A DNA stretch of 64,000 nucleotides from Eledone cirrhosa (Eukaryota). The notes beneath the pieces are model-generated. The model saw nothing but the letters and a program-made list of their open reading frames with translations, had not been told where the DNA came from and searched no databases. Both the position numbers and the translations under genes were made by a program. Location of the stretch: positions 422,220,001 to 422,284,000 of the forward strand of contig OZ024740.1 in assembly GCA_964016885.1 (NCBI GenBank), read 5' to 3'. Positions 25,190 to 33,727 of the stretch are shown here, piece after piece; the first letter of the stretch is position 1, and the number at the start of each line of letters is the position of its first letter.

Positions 25190-28100
25190 AGCAGGTTTCT
25201 AGTTCAGTGTAATTTTGTAAGAGATACTGCCTCAATATCTGCCCTAAGGTAGAAGGTTTCTAGTTCAGTGTAATTTTGTAAGAGTTACTGCCTCAATATC
25301 TGCCCTAAGGTAGCAGGTTTCTAGTTCAGTGTAATTTTGTAAGAGTTACTATCTCAATATCTGCCCTAATGTAGCAGGTTTCTAGTTCAGTGTTGTTTTG
25401 TAAGAGTTACTGCCTCAATATCTGACCTAAGGTAGCAGGTTTCTAGTTCAGTGTTGTTTTGTAAGAGATACTGCCTCAATATCTGCCCTAAGGTAGCAGG
25501 TTTCTAGTTCAGTGTAATTTTGTAAGAGTTACTGCCTCAATATCTGCCCTAAGGTAGCAGGTTTCTAGTTCACTGTAATTTTGTAAGAGTTACTGCCTCA
25601 ATATCTGCCCTAAGGTAGCAGGTTTCTAGTCAGTGTTGCTTTGTAAGACTTACTGCCTCAATATCTGCCCTAATGTAGCAGGTTTCTAGTTCAGTGTTGT
25701 TTTGTAAGAGTTACTGCCTCAATATTCGCCATAAGGTAGCAGGTTTCTAGTTCACTGTTGTTTTTTAAGAGTTATTGTCTCAATATCTGCCCTAAGACAG
25801 CAGGTTTCTAGTTCAGTGTTGTTATGTAAGAGTTACTGCATCAATATCTGCCCTAACGTAGCAGGTTTCTACTTCAGTGTTGTTTTGTAAGAGTTATTGC
25901 CTCAATATCTGCCCTAAGGTAGCAGGTTTCTAGTTCAGTGTTGTTTTGTAAGAGTTACTGCATCAATATCTGCCCTAAGGTAGCAGGTTTCTAGTTCACT
26001 GTAATTTTGTAAGAGTTACTGCCTCAATATCTGCCCTAAGGTAGCAGGTTTCTAGTCAGTGTTGCTTTGTAAGACTTACTGCCTCAATATCTGCCCTAAT
26101 GTAGCAGGTTTCTAGTTCAGTGTTGTTTTGTAAGAGTTACTGCCTCAATATCTGCCCTAAGGTAGCAGGTTTCTAGTCAGTGTTGCTTTGTAAGACTTAC
26201 TGCCTCAATATCTGCCCTAAGGTAGCAGGTTTCTAGTTCAGTGTTGCTTTGTAAGAGTTACTGCCTCAATATCTGCCCGAAGGTAGCAGGTTTCTAGTTT
26301 AGTGTAATTTTGTAAGAGTTACTGCATCAATATCTGCCCTAAGACAGCAGGTTTCTAGTTCACTGTAATTTTGTAAGAGTTACTGTCTCAATATCTGCCC
26401 TAAGGTAGCAGGTTTCTAGTTCAGTGTTGTTTTGTAACAGTTACTGTCTCAATATCTGCCCTAAGACAGCAGGTTTCTAGTTCAGTGTAATTTTGTAAGA
26501 GTTATTGCCTCACTATTTGCCCTAAGGTAGAAGGTTTCTAGTTCACTGAAATTTTGTAAGAGTTACTGCCTCAATATCTGCCCTAAGGTAGCAGGTTTCT
26601 AGTTCAGTGTAACTTAGTAAGAGTTACTGCCTCAATATCTGCCCTAACGTAGCAGATTTCGAGTTTAGTGTAATTTTGTAAGAGTTACTGCCTCAATATC
26701 TGCCCTAAGGTAGAAGGTTTTTAGTTCACTGTAATTTTGTAAGAGTTACTGCATCAATATCTGTCCTAAGACAGCAGGTTTCTAGTTCAGTGTTGTTTTG
26801 TAAGAGTTACTGCCTCAATATCTGCCCTAATGTAGCAGGTTTCTAGTTCAGTGTTGTTTTGTAAGAGTTACTGCCTCAATATCTGCCCTAATGTAGCAGG
26901 TTTCTAGTTCAGTGTAATTTTGTTAGAGTTACTGCCTCAATATCTGCCCTAACGTAGCAGGTTTCTAGTTCAGTGTTGCTTTGTAAGAGTTACTGCCTCA
27001 ATATCTGCCGTAAGGTAGCAGGTTTCTACTTCAGTGTTGTTTTGTAAGAGTTATTGTCCCAATATCTGCCCGAAGTTAGCAGGTATCTAGTTTAGTGTAA
27101 TTTTGTAAGAGTTACTGCATCAATATCTGCCCTAAGGTAGCAGGTTTCTAGTTCACTGTAATTTTGTAAGAGTTACTGTCTCAATATCTGCCCTAAGGTA
27201 GCAGGTTTCTAGTTCAGTGTTGTTTTGTAAGAGTTACTGTCTCAATATCTGCCCTAAGACAGCAGGTTTCTAGTTCAGTGTTGTTTTATGAGAGTTACTG
27301 TCTCAATATCTGCCCTAAGGTAGCAGGTTTCTAGTTCAGTGTTGTTTTGTAAGAGTTACTGCCTCAATATTTGCCATAAGGTAGAAGGTTTCTAGTTCAC
27401 TGTTGTTTTGTAAGAATTATTGTCTCAATATCTGCCCTAAGACAGCAGGTTTCTAGTTCAGTGTTGTTACGTAACAGTTACTGCATCAATATCTGCCCTA
27501 ACGTAGCAGGTTTCTACTTCAGTGTTGTTTTGTAAGAGTTATTGTCTCAATATCTGCCCTAAGGCAGCAGGTTTCTAGTTCAGTGTTGTTATGTAAGAGT
27601 TACTGCATCAATATCTGCCCTAAGGTAGCAGGTTTCTAGTTCACTGTAATTTTGTAAGAGTTACTGCCTCAATATCTGCCCTAAGGTAGCAGGTTTCTAG
27701 TTCAGTGTGGTTTTGTAAGAGTTACTGCCACAATATCTGCCCTAAGGTAGCAGGTTTCTAGTTCAGTGTAATTTTGTAAGAGTTACTATCTCAATATCTG
27801 CCCTAAGGTAGCAGGTTTCGTGTTCAGTGTTGTTTTGTAAGAGTTACTGCCTCATTATCTGCCCTATGGTAGCAGGTTTCTAGTTCAGTGTAGTTTTGTA
27901 AGATTTACTGTCTCAATATCTGCCCTAACATAGCAGGTTTCTAGTCAGTGTAATTTTGTAAGAGTTACTGCCTCAATATCTGCCCTAACGTAGCAGGTTT
28001 CTAGTTCAGTGTAATTTTGTAAGAGTTACTGCCTCAATATCTGCCCTAAGGTAGCAGGTTTCTAGTTCAGTGTTGTTTTGTAATAGTTACTGTCTCAATA

Positions 28101-31100
28101 TCTGCCCTAAGACAGCAGGTTTCTAGTTCAGTGTTGTTTTGTAAGATTTACTGCCTCAATATCTGCCCTAAGGTAGCAGGTTTCTTGTTCAGTGTAACTT
28201 TGTAAGAGTTACTGCCTCAATATCTGCCCTAAGGTAGCAGGTTTCTAGTTCAGTGTTGTTTTGTAACAGTTACTGTCTCAATATCTGCCCTAAGACAGCA
28301 GGTTTCTAGTTCAGTGTTGTTACGTAACAGTTACTGCATCAATATCTGCCCTAACGTAGCAGGTTTCTACTTCAGTGTTGTTTTGTAAGAGTTACAGCCT
28401 CATTATCTGCCCTAGGGTAGCAGGTTTCTACTTCAGTGTTGTTTTGTAAGAGTTACTGCATCAATATCTGCCCTAAGACAGCAGGTTTCTAGTTCAGTGT
28501 AATTTTGTAAGAGATACTGCCTCAATATCTGCCCTAAGGTAGAAGGTTTCTAGTTCAGTGTAATTTTGTAAGAGTTACTGCCTCAATATCTGCCCTAAGG
28601 TAGCAGGTTTCTAGTTCAGTGTAATTTTGTAAGAGTTACTATCTCAATATCTGCCCTAATGTAGCAGGTTTCTAGTTCAGTGTTGTTTTGTAAGAGTTAC
28701 TGCCTCAATATCTGACCTAAGGTAGCAGGTTTCTAGTTCAGTGTTGTTTTGTAAGAGATACTGCCTCAATATCTGCCCTAAGGTAGCAGGTTTCTAGTTC
28801 AGTGTAATTTTGTAAGAGTTACTGCCTCAATATCTGCCCTAAGGTAGCAGGTTTCTAGTTCACTGTAATTTTGTAAGAGTTACTGCCTCAATATCTGCCC
28901 TAAGGTAGCAGGTTTCTAGTCAGTGTTGCTTTGTAAGACTTACTGCCTCAATATCTGCCCTAATGTAGCAGGTTTCTAGTTCAGTGTTGTTTTGTAAGAG
29001 TTACTGCCTCAATATTCGCCATAAGGTAGCAGGTTTCTAGTTCACTGTTGTTTTTTAAGAGTTATTGTCTCAATATCTGCCCTAAGACAGCAGGTTTCTA
29101 GTTCAGTGTTGTTATGTAAGAGTTACTGCATCAATATCTGCCCTAACGTAGCAGGTTTCTACTTCAGTGTTGTTTTGTAAGAGTTATTGCCTCAATATCT
29201 GCCCTAAGGTAGCAGGTTTCTAGTTCAGTGTTGTTTTGTAAGAGTTACTGCATCAATATCTGCCCTAAGGTAGCAGGTTTCTAGTTCACTGTAATTTTGT
29301 AAGAGTTACTGCCTCAATATCTGCCCTAAGGTAGCAGGTTTCTAGTCAGTGTTGCTTTGTAAGACTTACTGCCTCAATATCTGCCCTAATGTAGCAGGTT
29401 TCTAGTTCAGTGTTGTTTTGTAAGAGTTACTGCCTCAATATCTGCCCTAAGGTAGCAGGTTTCTAGTCAGTGTTGCTTTGTAAGACTTACTGCCTCAATA
29501 TCTGCCCTAAGGTAGCAGGTTTCTAGTTCAGTGTTGCTTTGTAAGAGTTACTGCCTCAATATCTGCCCGAAGGTAGCAGGTTTCTAGTTTAGTGTAATTT
29601 TGTAAGAGTTACTGCATCAATATCTGCCCTAAGACAGCAGGTTTCTAGTTCACTGTAATTTTGTAAGAGTTACTGTCTCAATATCTGCCCTAAGGTAGCA
29701 GGTTTCTAGTTCAGTGTTGTTTTGTAACAGTTACTGTCTCAATATCTGCCCTAAGACAGCAGGTTTCTAGTTCAGTGTAATTTTGTAAGAGTTATTGCCT
29801 CACTATTTGCCCTAAGGTAGAAGGTTTCTAGTTCACTGAAATTTTGTAAGAGTTACTGCCTCAATATCTGCCCTAAGGTAGCAGGTTTCTAGTTCAGTGT
29901 AACTTAGTAAGAGTTACTGCCTCAATATCTGCCCTAACGTAGCAGATTTCGAGTTTAGTGTAATTTTGTAAGAGTTACTGCCTCAATATCTGCCCTAAGG
30001 TAGAAGGTTTTTAGTTCACTGTAATTTTGTAAGAGTTACTGCATCAATATCTGTCCTAAGACAGCAGGTTTCTAGTTCAGTGTTGTTTTGTAAGAGTTAC
30101 TGCCTCAATATCTGCCCTAATGTAGCAGGTTTCTAGTTCAGTGTTGTTTTGTAAGAGTTACTGCCTCAATATCTGCCCTAATGTAGCAGGTTTCTAGTTC
30201 AGTGTAATTTTGTTAGAGTTACTGCCTCAATATCTGCCCTAACGTAGCAGGTTTCTAGTTCAGTGTTGCTTTGTAAGAGTTACTGCCTCAATATCTGCCC
30301 TAAGGTAGCAGGTTTCTACTTCAGTGTTGTTTTGTAAGAGTTATTGTCCCAATATCTGCCCGAAGTTAGCAGGTATCTAGTTTAGTGTAATTTTGTAAGA
30401 GTTACTGCATCAATATCTGCCCTAAGGTAGCAGGTTTCTAGTTCACTGTAATTTTGTAAGAGTTACTGTCTCAATATCTGCCCTAAGGTAGCAGGTTTCT
30501 AGTTCAGTGTTGTTTTGTAAGAGTTACTGTCTCAATATCTGCCCTAAGACAGCAGGTTTCTAGTTCAGTGTTGTTTTATGAGAGTTACTGTCTCAATATC
30601 TGCCCTAAGGTAGCAGGTTTCTAGTTCAGTGTTGTTTTGTAAGAGTTACTGCCTCAATATTTGCCATAAGGTAGAAGGTTTCTAGTTCACTGTTGTTTTG
30701 TAAGAATTATTGTCTCAATATCTGCCCTAAGACAGCAGGTTTCTAGTTCAGTGTTGTTACGTAACAGTTACTGCATCAATATCTGCCCTAACGTAGCAGG
30801 TTTCTACTTCAGTGTTGTTTTGTAAGAGTTATTGTCTCAATATCTGCCCTAAGGCAGCAGGTTTCTAGTTCAGTGTTGTTATGTAAGAGTTACTGCATCA
30901 ATATCTGCCCTAAGGTAGCAGGTTTCTAGTTCACTGTAATTTTGTAAGAGTTACTGCCTCAATATCTGCCCTAAGGTAGCAGGTTTCTAGTTCAGTGTGG
31001 TTTTGTAAGAGTTACTGCCACAATATCTGCCCTAAGGTAGCAGGTTTCTAGTTCAGTGTAATTTTGTAAGAGTTACTATCTCAATATCTGCCCTAAGGTA

Positions 31101-31786
31101 GCAGGTTTCGTGTTCAGTGTTGTTTTGTAAGAGTTACTGCCTCATTATCTGCCCTATGGTAGCAGGTTGCTAGTTCAGTGTAGTTTTGTAAGATTTACTG
31201 TCTCAATATCTGCCCTAACGTAGCAGGTTTCTAGTCAGTGTAATTTTGTAAGAGTTACTGCCTCAATATCTGCCCTAACGTAGCAGGTTTCTAGTTCAGT
31301 GTAATTTTGTAAGAGTTACTGCCTCAATATCTGCCCTAAGGTAGCAGGTTTCTAGTTCAGTGTTGTTTTGTAATAGTTACTGTCTCAATATCTGCCCTAA
31401 GACAGCAGGTTTCTAGTTCAGTGTTGTTTTGTAAGATTTACTGCCTCAATATCTGCCCTAAGGTAGCAGGTTTCTTGTTCAGTGTAACTTTGTAAGAGTT
31501 ACTGCCTCAATATCTGCCCTAAGGTAGCAGGTTTCTAGTTCAGTGTTGTTTTGTAACAGTTACTGTCTCAATATCTGCCCTAAGACAGCAGGTTTCTAGT
31601 TCAGTGTTGTTACGTAACAGTTACTGCATCAATATCTGCCCTAACGTAGCAGGTTTCTACTTCAGTGTTGTTTTGTAAGAGTTACAGCCTCATTATCTGC
31701 CCTAGGGTAGCAGGTTTCTACTTCAGTGTTGTTTTGTAAGAGTTACTGCATCAATATCTGCCCTAAGACAGCAGGTTTCTAGTTCA
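25190..31786. repeat. 54-monomer (3290-bp) tandem duplication of diverged satellite A monomers
   Basis: GAGATACTGC at 25221/28511, AATATTCGCC at 25721/29011, CCTAGGGTAG at 28411/31701. The period 3290 = 54x61-4 matches four CTAGTCAG deletion monomers per copy. Confidence 0.9.
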
Positions 31787-33654
31787 CTGTAATTTTGTAA
31801 GAGTTACTGTCTCAATATCTGCCCTATGGTAGCAGGTTTCTAGTTCAGTGTTGTTTTGTAACAGTTACTGTCTCAATATCTGCCCTAAGACAGCAGGTTT
31901 CTAGTTCAGTGTAATTTTGTAAGAGTTATTGCCTCAATATTTGTCCTAAGGTAGAAGGTTTCTAGTTCACTGAAATTTTGTAAGAGTTACTGCCTCAATA
32001 TCTGCCCTAAGGTAGCAGGTTTCTTGTTCAGTGTAATTTTGTAAGAGTTACTGCCTCAATATCTGCCCTAAGGTAGCAGGTTTCTAGTTCAGTGTAACTT
32101 TGTAAGAGTTACTGTCTCAATATCTGCCCTAAGGTAGCAGGTTTCTAGTTCAGTGTTGTTTTGTAAGAGTTACTGCCTCAATATCTGCCCTAAGGTAGCA
32201 GGTTTCTAGTTCACTGAAATTTTGTAAGAGTTACTATCTCAATATCTGCCCTAAGGTAGCAGGTTTCTAGTTCAGTGTTGTTTTGTAAGACTTACTGCCT
32301 CAATATCTGCCCTAATGTAGCAGGTTTCTAGTTCAGTGTTGTTTTGTAAGAGTTACTGCCTCAATATCTGCCCTAATGTAGCAGGTTTCTAGTTCAGTGT
32401 AATTTTGTTAGAGTTACTGCCTCAATATCTGCCCTAACGTAGCAGGTTTCTAGTTCAGTGTTGTTTTGTAAGAGTTACTGCACCAATATCTGCCCTAAGG
32501 TAGCAGGTTTCTAGTTCAGTGTTGCTTTGTAAGAGTTACTGCCTCAATATCTGCCCTAAGGTAGCAGGTTTCTACTTCAGTGTTGTTTTGTAAGAGTTAT
32601 TGTCCTAATATCTGCCCGAAGTTAGCAGGTTTCTAGTTTAGTGTAATTTTGTAAGAGTTACTGCATCAATATCTGCCCTAAGGTAGCAGGTTTCTAGTTC
32701 ACTGAAATTTTGTAATAGTTACTGCCTCAATATCTGCCCTAAGGTAGCAGGTTTCTAGTTCAGTGTTGTTTTGTAAGAGTTACTGTCTCAATATCTGCCC
32801 TAAGACAGCAGGTTTCTAGTTGAGTGTTGTTTTATGAGAGTTACTGTCTCAATATCTGCCCTAAGGTAGCAGGTTTCTAGTCCAGTGTAAATTTGTAAGA
32901 GTTAGTGCCTCAATATCTGCCCTAAGGTAGAAGGTTTCTAGTTCAGTGTAATTTTGTAAGAGTTACTGCCTCAATATCTGCCCTAAGGTAGCAGGTTTCT
33001 AGTTCAGTGTAATTTTGTAAGAGTTACTATCTCAATATCTGCCCTAAGGTAGCAGGTTTCGTGTTCAGTGTTGTTTTGTAAGAGTTACTGCCTCATTATC
33101 TGCCCTAAGGTAGCAGGTTTCTAGTTCAGTGTAGTTTTGTAAGAGTTACTGTCTCAATATCTGCCCTAACGTAGCAGGTTTCTAGTTCAGTGTAATTTTG
33201 TAAGAGTTACTGCCTCAATATCTGCCCTAACGTAGCAGGTTTCTAGTTCAGTGTAATTTTGTAAGAGTTACTGCCTTAATATTTGCCCTAAGGTAGAAGG
33301 TTTCTAGTTCAGTGTTATTTTGTAAGAGTTACTGCCTCAATATCTGCCCTAAGGTAGCAGGTTTCTAGTTCAGTGTTATTATGTAAGAGTTACTGCATCA
33401 ATATCTGCCCTAACGTAGCAGGTTTCTACTTCAGTGTTGTTTTGTAAGAGTTATTGTCTCAATATCTGCCCTAAGGCAGCAGGTTTCCAGTTCAGTGTTG
33501 TTATGTAAGAGTTACTGTCTCAATATCTGCCCTAAGGTTGCAGGTTTCTAGTTCAGTGTTGTTTTGTAAGAGTTACTGTCCCAATATCTGCCCTAAGGTA
33601 GCAGATTTCTAGTTCAGTGTAACTTTGTAAGAGTTACTGCCTCAACATCTACCC

Positions 33655-33727
33655 ACACCTTGTTATTCAGACAGTAAAATATGTCTGATACAGTTTTTAA
33701 ACTTATTTTCAATCTGCTCCTCATGAT
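33655..33727. other. 73-bp unique AT-rich spacer between the two satellites
   Basis: ACACCTTGTTATTCAGACAGTAAAATATGTCTGATACAGTTTTTAAACTTATTTTCAATCTGCTCCTCATGAT does not follow either monomer. It is the only non-repeat sequence in the window. Confidence 0.92.
33667..33688. repeat. 7-bp perfect inverted repeat (potential hairpin) in the junction spacer
   Basis: TCAGACA (33667-33673), 8-nt loop GTAAAATA, TGTCTGA (33682-33688). It extends imperfectly with bulges to 33661-33692. Confidence 0.8.

Larger units (their letters stand above)
1..33654. repeat. 61-bp satellite array (satellite A), about 550 head-to-tail monomers, truncated by the window start
   Basis: Consensus CTAAGGTAGCAGGTTTCTAGTTCAGTGT(TG/AA)TTTTGTAAGAGTTACTG(C/T)CTCAATATCTGCC repeats every 61 bp (CTAA at 1, 62, 123; still in phase at 3661 = 1+60x61). 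The last, slightly degenerate monomer is 33593-33654 (ends CTCAACATCTACCC). The track shows no ORF inside the array. Confidence 0.98.

Noticed and set aside
33661-33710. Rho-independent terminator at the junction hairpin
   Set aside because: The stem is not GC-rich, the T tract is several bases away from the perfect stem, no upstream plus-strand gene exists, and the context appears eukaryotic.
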